The notes under the pieces: model-generated
The model's input: only the letters and a program-made list of their open reading frames with translations
Told to the model about the DNA's origin: nothing
The model's database searches: none
Position numbers and translations under genes: made by a program
Assembly (NCBI GenBank): GCA_035654455.1
Contig: DASRWT010000065.1
Span: 3,399-67,398 of the forward strand
Length of the DNA stretch: 64,000 nucleotides
Source of the DNA: Candidatus Nitrosocosmicus sp.
Lineage (GTDB): Bacteria > Methylomirabilota > Methylomirabilia > Rokubacteriales > CSP1-6
Reading direction: 5' to 3'
Shown here: positions 1-9,023 of the stretch, one piece after another
Numbering within the stretch: position 1 is the stretch's first letter
Layout of the letters: each line of letters opens with the position of its first letter

Positions 1-184
1 CGATCTTGACCGTCAGCGGGACACGCGTCATCGGCGCCCTGGCCTCATCTCTGCGCGGGAGCGTAGCACCAAGGCCTTCGCCCTAGCAACTCGCGCCGCC
101 TCCTGGCCGCATTCCACCTCTTTCTCCTCCCCGCCCGTATACCACTGCAGACGCGCCCAGATCGCCCGAGGAGGCTCACCGCCG

Positions 185-1414
185 ATGTCGCTCGCCGGAC
201 CGTTCCACCGCCTGGCCTGGTCCAATCTGGTCGCCCAGTCGGCCGAGCAGCTCAGCATCGCCGCGGCGCCCATGGTCGCGGTGCTGGCGCTGGGCGCCGG
301 CGCCGGGGAGACGGGTTTTCTGACCGCGGCCCAGACGCTGCCGTTTCTCCTCCTCTCCTTTCCCGCGGGGGTGCTGGCGGATCGGCTACCGCGGCGCGGG
401 CTCATGGTGTCGGCCGAGCTCGTGCGCGCGGCGGCCCTCCTGTCCCTGCCCGTACTGGCGGCGTTCGGCTGGCTCTCGGTACCGCTGCTGGCCATCATCG
501 GCTTCGTCGCCGCGACGGGCACCGTGGCGTACAGCGTCGCGGCGCCCGCGCTCGTGCCCGCGCTGGTGCCGCGCGCGTCGCTGGCCGCCGCCAATGGCCG
601 GCTGGAGCTGGCGCGGAGCGTGGCCTATGCAGCGGGGCCCGCCCTCGCGGGCGCGCTGGTGGGATGGGCGGGCGCCTCGCCGGCGTTCACCCTCGCCGCC
701 ATGCTCTCGGGCGTGGCGGTGGTATTGCTGGTCGGTGTGCCCGAGCCGCCTCGGCGCGCGCCCGCGGCGCGGCACTTCGGGCGCGAGCTCCAGGAAGGCG
801 CGGCCTTCGCATGGACGCACCGGTTCCTGCGGCCCATCTTTCTCACCGCGGTCTTCTGGAATCTCTCCTGGTTCATCCTCCAGGCGGCTTATGTGCCCTA
901 TGCCGTGCACGTGCTGGGCTTGAGCGCCTCGGCCATCGGCACCTCGCTGGCCGCCTACGGGGTTGGCATGCTCGTGGGCGCGCTGCTGGCGGCACGCCTC
1001 ATGCGATCGCTGTCCATCGGCATGGCCATCGCGATGGGGCCGCTGGTCTCGGTCGCCGCCGCCGCGGTGATGGTGGCCACGCTCTGGCATCCTTCACCAC
1101 TCCTGATGGGCGCATCGTTCTTTCTCTTCGGCGCCGGGCCCATCCTCTGGACCATCAGCCAGACCACGCTGCGGCAGACCGTGACGCCGGACGCGTTGCT
1201 GGGCCGCGTCTCGGCGCTCTTCATGACCGCCTCCGCCGGCGCGCGACCCATCGGCGCGGCCATCGGGGGCGCGGTGGGCGCCGCCGCCGGGCCCGAAGCG
1301 GCCATCCTTCTGGCCGCGCTGGGCTTCATGGTGCAGGCGCTCGTGATCATCTGGTCCCCGGTGCCGCGGCTCGCCCGCCTGCCGGACCGCGCGGAGCGCC
1401 TGACCGCCGCGTGA
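185..1414 (+). CDS. MFS transporter
   Basis: 409-aa ORF, hydrophobic multi-TM throughout, MFS-type loop motif GVLADRLPRRG after TM2. SD-like gaggagg about 10 nt upstream of ATG 185. Confidence 0.85.
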   Translation: MSLAGPFHRLAWSNLVAQSAEQLSIAAAPMVAVLALGAGAGETGFLTAAQTLPFLLLSFPAGVLADRLPRRGLMVSAELVRAAALLSLPVLAAFGWLSVPLLAIIGFVAATGTVAYSVAAPALVPALVPRASLAAANGRLELARSVAYAAGPALAGALVGWAGASPAFTLAAMLSGVAVVLLVGVPEPPRRAPAARHFGRELQEGAAFAWTHRFLRPIFLTAVFWNLSWFILQAAYVPYAVHVLGLSASAIGTSLAAYGVGMLVGALLAARLMRSLSIGMAIAMGPLVSVAAAAVMVATLWHPSPLLMGASFFLFGAGPILWTISQTTLRQTVTPDALLGRVSALFMTASAGARPIGAAIGGAVGAAAGPEAAILLAALGFMVQALVIIWSPVPRLARLPDRAERLTAA

Positions 1415-1469
1415 CCCCGCTTGACGCCCTTCGCCGGCCCGCGCATAGTGGCCGCCGAGGAGGATCACC

Positions 1470-2066
1470 ATGGATATGCGGGACCTGTTCCTGACACAGC
1501 ACAGCGCCATGCACTCCGTTGCCGTCGGGGGCAACAAGGCCTCCGCCGCCGAGCGCGTGCTGAACGGCCTCTCCGAAGAGCAGATGCGGGTCCGTCCCCG
1601 TGAGGACCTCAACTCCATCGCCTGGCTCGTGTGGCATGTCGCGCGGGCGGAGGATATTTTTGTCAACCCGGTGCTCGCGGGGCGCGACCAGGTGTTCGAC
1701 GACGCCTGGATGAAGCGTCTCGGCGTCAGCCGGAAGGATTTCGGCATCGGTATGAAGAGTCCCGAGGTGAGCGATCTCACCAGGTCGATAAATATCGACG
1801 CGCTTCGCGAGTACCGCGACGCGGTGGGCAAGCGCACGCGGGAGATCATCGGCGGCTTCCAGCCCCAGGACTGGGAAGGCCAGATCCAGCAGGCGGCCAC
1901 GGAGCGCGCCGCCGCCGAGGGCGCGTTCCCGGCGCCGGTGGCGCAGGCGTTCACGGGTCGGCCGCGGATGGGGGTGCTGAGCGCCCTCGCCCTCTTCCAC
2001 CCCGCGGCACATTTCGGCGAGGCCACCACCGTCCGCAGCGCGGGAGGCTTCGGCACCGGTATCTAG
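1470..2066 (+). CDS. DinB family protein
   Basis: 198-aa ORF with DinB-fold His context (WLVWHVARAED ... HPAAHFGE). SD gaggagga just upstream of the ATG. Confidence 0.8.
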   Translation: MDMRDLFLTQHSAMHSVAVGGNKASAAERVLNGLSEEQMRVRPREDLNSIAWLVWHVARAEDIFVNPVLAGRDQVFDDAWMKRLGVSRKDFGIGMKSPEVSDLTRSINIDALREYRDAVGKRTREIIGGFQPQDWEGQIQQAATERAAAEGAFPAPVAQAFTGRPRMGVLSALALFHPAAHFGEATTVRSAGGFGTGI

Positions 2067-2096
2067 CGAAGCGCGGTGCCGGCAGGGAGTCCGGCG

Positions 2097-2663
2097 ATGA
2101 TTGATGCCCGTGACCTGCGGGACCAGACGCGCCGCGAGCTGGCGCGTTTCTCCTCGTTGCTGGAGCTACTGGTGGGCGAGCTCGACGAGGCCGGCTGGCG
2201 GGCCCGGCCGGCGCCCGACGAGTGGTCGCCGGTCGAGATCGTCTGCCACCTGCGGGACGAGGAGACGGAGGACTTCAGCGCCCGCCTGCTCGTCATCCTC
2301 GCGGGTGGGGCGCGGTTCTCGCCGAACGACCCGGAGCGGGTGGCGGTAGACCGTCAGTACCGGCGGGCGAATCCGTCGGAGGCTCTGGCGGCCTTTCGGA
2401 CGCGCCGGATGGCCAGCCTCGACCTGCTCGGATCCGTGGTGCCCGATCACCTGCTCGGGACCGCCGAGCGACCCAACGGGGGCCGCCTCTCCGGTCTCGA
2501 CATTCTGGCGAGCTGGGTCGCCCACGACCGCCTGCACCTGCGGCAGCTCGCGGGGACCCTCGCGCGCCAGTGGGCCGATCGATGGGCGCCGCTGCAGGTC
2601 GACTATGCCGGGCCGATACCGTACGAAGTCGGAAGCAGGCCGTCGGGCGCTACTTCACGGTGA
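2097..2663 (+). CDS. DinB family protein (DinB_2/YfiT-like)
   Basis: Track ORF starts at GTG 2076. In-frame ATG 2097 preceded by gggag is preferred. Motifs EWSPVEIVCHLRDEE and WVAHDRLHLRQL are typical of DinB_2 metal-binding helices. Confidence 0.8.
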   Translation: MIDARDLRDQTRRELARFSSLLELLVGELDEAGWRARPAPDEWSPVEIVCHLRDEETEDFSARLLVILAGGARFSPNDPERVAVDRQYRRANPSEALAAFRTRRMASLDLLGSVVPDHLLGTAERPNGGRLSGLDILASWVAHDRLHLRQLAGTLARQWADRWAPLQVDYAGPIPYEVGSRPSGATSR

Positions 2664-4428
2664 CGCTCTTGGCCAGATTCCGTGGCTTGTCGGGATCGTG
2701 GCCTCGGAGGCGCGCGAGGTCATAGCCGAGGAGCTGAGCCGGGATCGCGTTGACGATGGCGGTGGCCGGCCCGAGGTCGGCGACGCGGATGTGATGGCCG
2801 AAGGCCTCGTGGGGCTCGGGGGAAATGCCGATGACCAGGGCGCCCCGCGCCTTCACCTGCATCGCGCCGCCGAGCACATCGTCGCGGGTGCTGTCGCATG
2901 GCGCCAGGGCGACGCAGGGCGTGCCCGGCTCGATGAGGGCGATGACTCCGTGCTTCAGCTCGCCGCCGGCGAAGCCCTCCGCGTGCATGTAGCTCACCTC
3001 CTTCACCTTCAGGGCGGTCTCCAGGGCGAGCGGATAGCTCGATCCCCGCCCGATGGCGAAGAGGTGCGCACGATCCCGGATGGCCTCGGCGATCCGGCCG
3101 ATGAGCGCACGGCGATCGTCGGCCAGGAACCGCTCGACCTCGTCCGCGGCGGCCGCGACCAGCGCCCGTCCCTCCGCGAGTCGCCCGGCCAGGGCATAGC
3201 CGGTGAGCACGAGCAGGGCGAGCTTGGCGGTGAAGCTCTTGGTGGACAGGACGCACTGCTCAGGTCCGGCCCCGAGCGGGATCGCGTCGTCGGCCAGGCG
3301 CCACAGCGACGAGCCCTCCACGTTGACGATCGCCACCACGCGGGCTCCGCGCGCCTTCGCCGCCTGGGCCGCCTCGATCACGTCGATGGTCTCCCCGCTC
3401 TGCGAGAACGCCAGCACGAGCGAGCCGGCCTCCACGAACTGGCCGAGGTGGCTGAACTCCGATCCGGCGACCGCCGACACGCGGCGCCCGGCGATCGACC
3501 CGAGCAGGTACTGGGCGGCCAGCGCCGCATAGCCGGCGGTGCCGCAGCCCACCGCGACCACGTCGCTTGCGGCAGCCAGGTGATCGGCGAGGCGACGCGC
3601 ATGCTCGGCGCCCGGGCCCGCGAGCCGACGCAGGACGGCCGGCTGCTCGTACGTCTCCTTGGTCATGAAGTCCGGATGGCCCGCGCGGTCGCTGGCGCCG
3701 GCCTGGCCTTCGAGCTCGATGACTTGGGGGTCGAGCTCACGCCCGGTCGTCACGTCGAAGAGGCGATGCCCCTCGGCCGTCACGAGCGCGGCCTGACCGT
3801 CCTCGACGAAGGTCACCCGGCGCGTGCGCTCGAGAATCGCGCCCTGGTCGGAGGCCAGCAGATGCCCCCCGTCGCTCCAGCCCAGCACCAGCGGGGAGCC
3901 GTTCTTCGCGGCGGCGAGCTGACCCATCTCCCCATCGAGCACCGCGATCGCGTTCAGCCCCCGCAGGTCGCGGAATGCGGCCATGGTGGCGTGGGCGAGC
4001 TGCTCGGGCCCGGGCGGCGTGTCGGCCAGGCGCTCCTCGACGAGGTGCGCCACGACCTCGGTGTCGGTCTCGGACCGGAAGCGGTGGCCGGCCCGCTCCA
4101 GCCGCTGCCGGATCTCACCGTAGTTCGAGACGATTCCGTTGTGGATCAGCGCGAGGCGTCCGCTGCAGTCGAGGTGCGGGTGCGCATTGGTCACCGTGAC
4201 CCCGCCGTGGGTCGCCCAGCGCGTGTGCCCGATGCCGATTCGGCTGCTCGGCAGCCCGGTTACCGCCTCGCCGATCTTGCCGACGCGCTTGTCGACGGCG
4301 ACGGCGCGGTCAGTCGCGACCGCGATGCCCCACGAGTCGTAGCCCCGATACTCGAGCCGTCGCAGGCCCCGCAACACGATGCCCGCGGCCTCCCCGTCCT
4401 TGCCCACATAGCCGAAGATCCCGCACAT
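2650..4428 (-). CDS. glmS: glutamine--fructose-6-phosphate aminotransferase (isomerizing)
   Basis: N-terminus MCGIFGYVG, then SIS domains and a C-terminal DKPRNLAKSVTVK. The catalytic Cys must follow the initiator Met, so the start is ATG 4428, not the 652-aa track start at 4608. Confidence 0.95.
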   Translation of the reverse strand: MCGIFGYVGKDGEAAGIVLRGLRRLEYRGYDSWGIAVATDRAVAVDKRVGKIGEAVTGLPSSRIGIGHTRWATHGGVTVTNAHPHLDCSGRLALIHNGIVSNYGEIRQRLERAGHRFRSETDTEVVAHLVEERLADTPPGPEQLAHATMAAFRDLRGLNAIAVLDGEMGQLAAAKNGSPLVLGWSDGGHLLASDQGAILERTRRVTFVEDGQAALVTAEGHRLFDVTTGRELDPQVIELEGQAGASDRAGHPDFMTKETYEQPAVLRRLAGPGAEHARRLADHLAAASDVVAVGCGTAGYAALAAQYLLGSIAGRRVSAVAGSEFSHLGQFVEAGSLVLAFSQSGETIDVIEAAQAAKARGARVVAIVNVEGSSLWRLADDAIPLGAGPEQCVLSTKSFTAKLALLVLTGYALAGRLAEGRALVAAAADEVERFLADDRRALIGRIAEAIRDRAHLFAIGRGSSYPLALETALKVKEVSYMHAEGFAGGELKHGVIALIEPGTPCVALAPCDSTRDDVLGGAMQVKARGALVIGISPEPHEAFGHHIRVADLGPATAIVNAIPAQLLGYDLARLRGHDPDKPRNLAKSVTVK

Positions 4429-4631
4429 AGGCGCCATGCCCCTGGAAGAGGCGGCGCGAGGCAATCCGGCGCCACCGCGGGCACCCTGCCCACGGCTCCC
4501 GAGCGCGCGCCGGCGCGACACCTCGGCTCCCGCCCGGGCGCGCGAAGACGCCCCGGGGCAGCCGCGTGACCACGGCGACGCAGAAAGAGGAGGGGTGACG
4601 TCAGTCACGTGGGCCAGAGCGACCCGCGCGC

Positions 4632-4781
4632 ACGCTGGGTGGCGTTTGTCAGCGCGTCACCGCGCTGGTTTGCTCCACCCATCACGACCGTGCCAGCCGA
4701 GGGACCATCCGCCGAATCCTTCGATCGGTCCCTTCCTCGTCATCCGCCCGCGCGATCTCGCGCGGGACGGATCAGGCGCTA
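4632..4781 (-). ncRNA. glmS ribozyme: glmS ribozyme (GlcN6P-dependent self-cleaving riboswitch) in the glmS leader
   Basis: Minus-strand RNA reads A/GCGCCUGAUCCG-hairpin-CGGAUGACGAGGAAGGGACCGAUCGAAGGAUUCGGCGGAUGGUCCCUCGGCUG...CAAACCAGCGCGGUGACGCGCUGACAAACGCCACCC. This matches the conserved glmS ribozyme core (AGCGCC cleavage site, GACGAGG, UCGAA..UUCGGCGGAUG, CGGCUG, AAACCA-stem-GUGAC-stem-GACAAA). It lies about 200 nt upstream of the glmS ATG. Ends are approximate. Confidence 0.88.
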
Positions 4782-4969
4782 TGCTTCACGACCCCTCTAT
4801 CCCCTTCGGATCCGCTCCTCGACGCTCTCCTTTCCCTGATTCGACTCTAGCACGAGTGGTTGACCGTTGTCCGCGGCTGAGGGCGCATGTAGAATCGCGG
4901 CAGCCCGGGCCGCTCACGCGCTCGGGGATGATCCGGCACGCCGCGACCGCCGCACCGTGGAGGGCATTC

Positions 4970-6109
4970 ATGGACCAGGACATCACGCGCCGCGCGTTCG
5001 TGATCCACGTGGGCGCCGCCGCCGCGCTGCTGGGAGGCGCGGTCCCGTCCTCCGCGCAGACCCCGCCCGCCCCCGTGGCCGGCAAGGAAAAGCTGATCGT
5101 GCGGAGTCCGCGTCCGATCAACCTCGAGACGCCGCTCCGTGACCTGAGTGCCGAGATCACTCCCACCGACCTCTTCTTCGTTCGAAACAACTACGACGGG
5201 CCGGAGATCGATGCCAGCCAGTACGTCCTCAAGGTGGATGGAGAGGTGGACAACCCGCTCACGCTCCGCCTCGACGACCTGAGGCGGATGGAGCAGATCA
5301 CGCACACCATCACGCTCGAGTGCGCGGGCAACGGGCGCAGCTTCTACTCCCCCAAGGCCCCGGGCCTGCAGTGGGAAAACGGCGCGGTGGGGACCGCGGC
5401 CTGGAAAGGCGTGCGGCTGGCCGAGGTCCTGCGCCTGGCGCGTCCGCGTCCGAGCGCCTCCCATGTGGTGCCGGACGGAAACGACGCGCCCCCGACCGCT
5501 CAGGCGCCGGACTTCATCCGGAGCCATCCGATCTGGAAGGCGATGGAACCGCATACGATGATCGCAATCGAGATGAACGGGCGGCCGCTGCCCCACCTCC
5601 ACGGCGGCCCCGCGCGACTGATCGTCCCCGGCTGGATTGGCTCGGCGTCGATCAAGTGGCTGGTGCAGCTCACGCTGGCGGACAAGGAATGGGGCGGCCC
5701 CTTCATGCAGCGGAGCTACCGCTCCCCGCGAGTCGAGGATCCGCAACAGACGTATTCCCTCCAGTCTCTCGAATGCAAGTCCCTGATCGTGAGCCCGCTC
5801 GACGGCGCCAGGGTGGCGCCGGGCGCGCAGATGATGCGGGGGTACGCGTGGGCCGGAGAAGGCTCAGTCACCGGCGTGGACGTTTCCCTCGACGGCGGCA
5901 AGGCGTGGGCGCCGGCCGCGCTGAGCGGTCCAGCACACCGGTACGCCTGGCGCGGGTGGGAATTTCCGTGGACGGCGGTGAGCGGCGCGCACACCTTCAT
6001 GGCGCGGGCCAGCGACTCCTTGGGCCGCGTGCAGCCGGGTGGCAAGCCGCGCGATCCCCAGGGCTACCGCTGGAACGTGATCCACGCCGTCCGGATCGAT
6101 GTGGCGTAG
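4970..6109 (+). CDS. sulfite oxidase-family molybdopterin oxidoreductase (SorA-like), Tat-exported
   Basis: The real start is ATG 4970 (ggaggg SD), not track start 4436. Twin-arginine signal MDQDITRRAFVIHVGAAAALL, then FFVRNNY, ITLECAGNGR and WIGSASIKWL motifs of the SO/YedY family. Confidence 0.85.
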   Translation: MDQDITRRAFVIHVGAAAALLGGAVPSSAQTPPAPVAGKEKLIVRSPRPINLETPLRDLSAEITPTDLFFVRNNYDGPEIDASQYVLKVDGEVDNPLTLRLDDLRRMEQITHTITLECAGNGRSFYSPKAPGLQWENGAVGTAAWKGVRLAEVLRLARPRPSASHVVPDGNDAPPTAQAPDFIRSHPIWKAMEPHTMIAIEMNGRPLPHLHGGPARLIVPGWIGSASIKWLVQLTLADKEWGGPFMQRSYRSPRVEDPQQTYSLQSLECKSLIVSPLDGARVAPGAQMMRGYAWAGEGSVTGVDVSLDGGKAWAPAALSGPAHRYAWRGWEFPWTAVSGAHTFMARASDSLGRVQPGGKPRDPQGYRWNVIHAVRIDVA

Positions 6110-6431
6110 CCGGCTCTCACTGGCACTGGCCGCGCTGATCGTCGGAGCTCCCCTGGGATGGGGTTGGAGTTGGGCGGAGAGCCCGGGAAGTGGAGCGGCC
6201 CCATCTACCCTCTCGGCGCAGGTCGACAACCCCTTGCCGCGAGATCGTGACCAGCAGCTGGTGACGGGTCGATGCATCATCTGCCACAGCCTGGAGATGA
6301 TCGCCCAGCAGCGACAGACTCGCGCCGAATGGGCCGTGATCGTGGATCGGATGATCACTTACGGAATGCCGATGCAGCCGGGCGACCGGGAGCAGATCCT
6401 CACCTACCTCGCGAAGCACCTCGGCCAGTGA
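6099..6431 (+). CDS. small monoheme c-type cytochrome (SorB-like partner)
   Basis: 110-aa ORF overlapping the SorA-like stop by 11 nt. N-terminal signal-like segment, single CIICH heme-binding CxxCH motif and downstream Met residues. Confidence 0.65.
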   Translation: MWRSRLSLALAALIVGAPLGWGWSWAESPGSGAAPSTLSAQVDNPLPRDRDQQLVTGRCIICHSLEMIAQQRQTRAEWAVIVDRMITYGMPMQPGDREQILTYLAKHLGQ

Positions 6432-6446
6432 CCGATACCGCTCCGG

Positions 6447-7256
6447 TCACTTGCGGGCGGACGCCACGTGGGCCGGCTGGGGAAACGCCAGCCCGGTGTC
6501 GTCGAGGTGCGGCGCCAAGGTCTCGTTGATCTCGGAGATCAGCTCGCGCCGCTGAGGCTCCGTCAGCTGCGCGAGCAGCCCCAGCATGCCGGGGGCGCCG
6601 GCGGTGATGGTCCGGAAGAACGCCTCCGGCGAGGGAAAGCGCGTCATCTTCACCTCCGCCCGGATGACCAGGTCGCGGAAGCCGGCGCCGGCGATGACGC
6701 CGCGGAGGGCCGCGCGGTCGCCGAACGAGAAGGGCGGGAGCTTGGCCGCGTCCGCGCCCACGTACTTCGCCAGGGCACGCTCCATGGCGGCAAAGCCCGG
6801 GCAGTGCGCGCTCGACTTCCACACCGCAACGAAGAGCCGGCCGCCGGGCGCGAGCACACGGTGCATCTCACGGAGCGCGGCGGCCTTGTCGGGGAAGAAC
6901 TGCAGTCCCTGCTGGCAGAAGACGAAGTCGAAGGCGCCGTCGGGGAGCGGCATCGCCTGGGCGCTGCCCTCGAGCCACTCGATGGGAACGCCCGCCGCCG
7001 ACGCGCGGGCGGCCGCGAGCATGCCGGGGTTCAGGTCCAGGCCTACTATCCGCCCCGTAGGACCCACGCGGGGTGGCAGGAGGCGCGTGACCACGCCCGT
7101 GCCGCACGCCACGTCGAGCACGCGCGCGCCCGCCGCCGGGGCCGCGCGCTCGACGAGATCCGCCGCCCAGGGCCCGAACAGGCCGGGGACCATCTCGCGC
7201 TCGTAGACCTCGCCCGGGTTGGGGGCCGCCGGCGCCGCGGCAGCGGCATCCGCCAC
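6447..7256 (-). CDS. class I SAM-dependent methyltransferase
   Basis: 269-aa ORF with motif I VLDVACGTGVV and post-I/II motifs (LDLNPGML, DFVFCQQGLQF). GTG start overlaps the upstream stop (TAGTG). Confidence 0.85.
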   Translation of the reverse strand: MADAAAAAPAAPNPGEVYEREMVPGLFGPWAADLVERAAPAAGARVLDVACGTGVVTRLLPPRVGPTGRIVGLDLNPGMLAAARASAAGVPIEWLEGSAQAMPLPDGAFDFVFCQQGLQFFPDKAAALREMHRVLAPGGRLFVAVWKSSAHCPGFAAMERALAKYVGADAAKLPPFSFGDRAALRGVIAGAGFRDLVIRAEVKMTRFPSPEAFFRTITAGAPGMLGLLAQLTEPQRRELISEINETLAPHLDDTGLAFPQPAHVASARK

Positions 7257-7603
7257 TATCTCAGCACTGCCCGGTAGGTGGCTTCGTCGAAGCCGACGAG
7301 GAGGGTGCGCCCCTTGCGCAAGGTGGGCGCGCGAAGATTGCCGGAGGGACCGAGGAGCAGCCCCAGCAGGGTGGCCCGATCCGGCCGGTCCTTCTTCAGA
7401 TCGTGGTGAACCACCTTGGCGCCCTTGGCCACGTAGAGCTCGTCCACTTCCTTGAGCAGGGTCAGGGCCTGCTCGGGTCCCATCCGGATCTTCTTCGCGT
7501 CCACCTGCTCGGCGGTGTCGATCTTGGCCTTCGCAAGGAACCCTTGCGTCTTACCGCAAGTCATTCAGCCCTTCCGGTGATAGCTCCAGTCCACCCGCGC
7601 CAT
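7256..7603 (-). CDS. ArsC/Spx/YffB-fold thiol-disulfide protein, predicted selenoprotein (in-frame UGA at 7565..7567)
   Basis: Track ORF (7256..7564) starts MTCGKT. The same frame continues upstream through one TGA to ATG 7603, giving MARVDWSYHRKG-U-MTCGKTQGFLAKAKI. This restores strand beta1 and a U-x-x-C motif where the family has C-x-x-C. ATG 7603 is 10 nt after the upstream DinB stop. Confidence 0.7.
7532..7548 (-). promoter_or_regulatory. candidate bacterial SECIS hairpin
   Basis: 16 nt 3' of the UGA: 7-bp stem CGCAAGG/CCUUGCG with apical loop GUU. The spacing and the G/U-containing loop fit the bSECIS model. An alternative overlapping hairpin CUUGCG-GUAAGA-CGCAAG also exists. Confidence 0.5.
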
Positions 7604-7613
7604 GTGCGCGCCC

Positions 7614-8120
7614 CTACCTGGCGTCGGGAAGCCCGGCCGCCTTGCGGATCTTGGCGAGCTGGCCGGCGTGATCGTTCCAGTGGTAGTCGAAAAGCGCGCC
7701 GACATACACGGGAATGGGCACTTCCTCGTTCCCCATCAGCTCCTTGAAGAGCGGAATACGCGCCTTGCGGTGGAGGTCGCTGTCGGAGAGCCCCTGGAGA
7801 TAGCCATAGATGGCCTTGCGCTGGCTATCGAGCCCGTCCAGGAGCTGCTTGAGCGACGCGGTCGCCCGTGAGCCGCCGGTGTCGGCGAGGCCGCCCTTGA
7901 TCTCGACCACCGGCAGATTCGAGGTCGAGAAGCTCTTGAGGACGGCCACCGGGTCCCAGCCCTGCTCGAAGAGAAGGTGGCAGATCACCTGCCGCGTGGT
8001 CCACTCGCCGGGAGCATCGGACTTGTCGAGGTACGGCTCCATGCCCTGGAGCTGCTTATTGATATTCGCCCATGCCGCGTCGGACTTGGCCTTGAGCGCG
8101 TTCACCGTCGCCGTCGCCAT
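7614..8120 (-). CDS. DinB family protein
   Basis: Trimmed to ATG 8120 (gggagg SD 8 nt upstream). Motifs WTTRQVICHLL and DYHWNDHAGQLAKI are typical of DinB_2. Confidence 0.8.
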   Translation of the reverse strand: MATATVNALKAKSDAAWANINKQLQGMEPYLDKSDAPGEWTTRQVICHLLFEQGWDPVAVLKSFSTSNLPVVEIKGGLADTGGSRATASLKQLLDGLDSQRKAIYGYLQGLSDSDLHRKARIPLFKELMGNEEVPIPVYVGALFDYHWNDHAGQLAKIRKAAGLPDAR

Positions 8121-8382
8121 CGCCGGAGCCTCCCTGAGCAAGTGGTCCTGTCGGCGAGTATACCGGAACGCGCGGGCCCCGGCCGGAGTTGCTGGAAAAG
8201 GAACCGCGCCGGCGACGCCGGTCCGCAGCGCCGCCGACGCGCATCGAGCAGAACGAGCCCACACTCGCCCCACTCGACTTCGTGCGACCCGGATCAGCTT
8301 GGAATCATGAAAGCCGCGCCGGCCGAAACAACGGCCCGGATCAACCCGTCGCCCCGACCGACGCGGTCCACCGAGGGCCGGG

Positions 8383-8643
8383 CTATTGCCCGGTGACCTC
8401 GACGGAGCTGACGACCTTCTGGCCGTCCTTTTCCTCGAAAACCACCTCGACCCTGTCGCCCTCGTGAATCTTCGCCATGATCTCGCCGCTCATCACGCGC
8501 AGCTCGGTACCGTCCTCCAGCACCACCAGCCCCATCATGGTGTTGATCTCCTTGACGGTGCCCTTCACGTCCACGGCCTCGGCGGCCGGGCAGACGAGCG
8601 CGGTACTTGCGAGCAAAGCGACAAGCAGGATCAAACGTCGCAT
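8383..8643 (-). CDS. DUF1344-like small secreted protein
   Basis: 86 aa from ATG 8643 (gggagg SD). Signal peptide MRRLILLVALLASTALVCPAAEA, then a beta-rich domain (VKGTVKEIN...GDRVEVVFEEKDG). The upstream part of the 268-aa track ORF is rejected. Confidence 0.7.
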   Translation of the reverse strand: MRRLILLVALLASTALVCPAAEAVDVKGTVKEINTMMGLVVLEDGTELRVMSGEIMAKIHEGDRVEVVFEEKDGQKVVSSVEVTGQ

Positions 8644-8735
8644 GCGAAGCCTCCCGGATCTGACGGGTGAACTAGTCTCGCGGGCCACGAGGCCGGCGAG
8701 GGCCGCGGGAACGCCGCGGCCGGCCCATCGGGAAG

Positions 8736-9023
8736 CTAGGCGAGAGGCGGGGCGCGGCTGGACGCGGTGCAGACGGCGCGACTGAGGATCGCTTCCGGGA
8801 CGGGGAACTCGACGCGCGCCACCACGCGCGTGGACGCATCCACCCGCGGCGGCCCGGAAGCGCCCAGCGCCTTGAAGCTGGACAGCGCGAAGGTGTCGTC
8901 CAGGTCGCCGGCGTCGTAGATGCCGTGGATCCAGGTCTGCTCTATTCCGGCCGCGAGCACGAGGGGACGCAGCGAGAGCAAGCTCGCGACGAGCACGAAG
9001 CTGAGCAGGATCCGGCGGCTCAT
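8736..9023 (-). CDS. hypothetical secreted protein
   Basis: About 95 aa with a signal-like N-terminus MSRRILLSFVLVASLLSLRPLVLAAG. Start uncertain (ATG 9023 or 9035). No recognised domain. Confidence 0.4.
   Translation of the reverse strand: MSRRILLSFVLVASLLSLRPLVLAAGIEQTWIHGIYDAGDLDDTFALSSFKALGASGPPRVDASTRVVARVEFPVPEAILSRAVCTASSRAPPLA

Noticed and set aside
28-594. 188-aa minus-strand ORF at the window start, and a possible gene start at 31 running off the left edge
   Set aside because: The ORF overlaps the MFS gene in antisense and looks like low-complexity sequence. The ATG at 31..29 would give only 10 visible codons (MTRVPLTVKI), too little to support a call.
2605-4569. 654-aa plus-strand ORF
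   Set aside because: It is antisense to the unmistakable glmS gene. The translation is Arg/Gly/Ala/Asp-rich low-complexity sequence with no recognisable motif, which is a typical high-GC antisense artefact.
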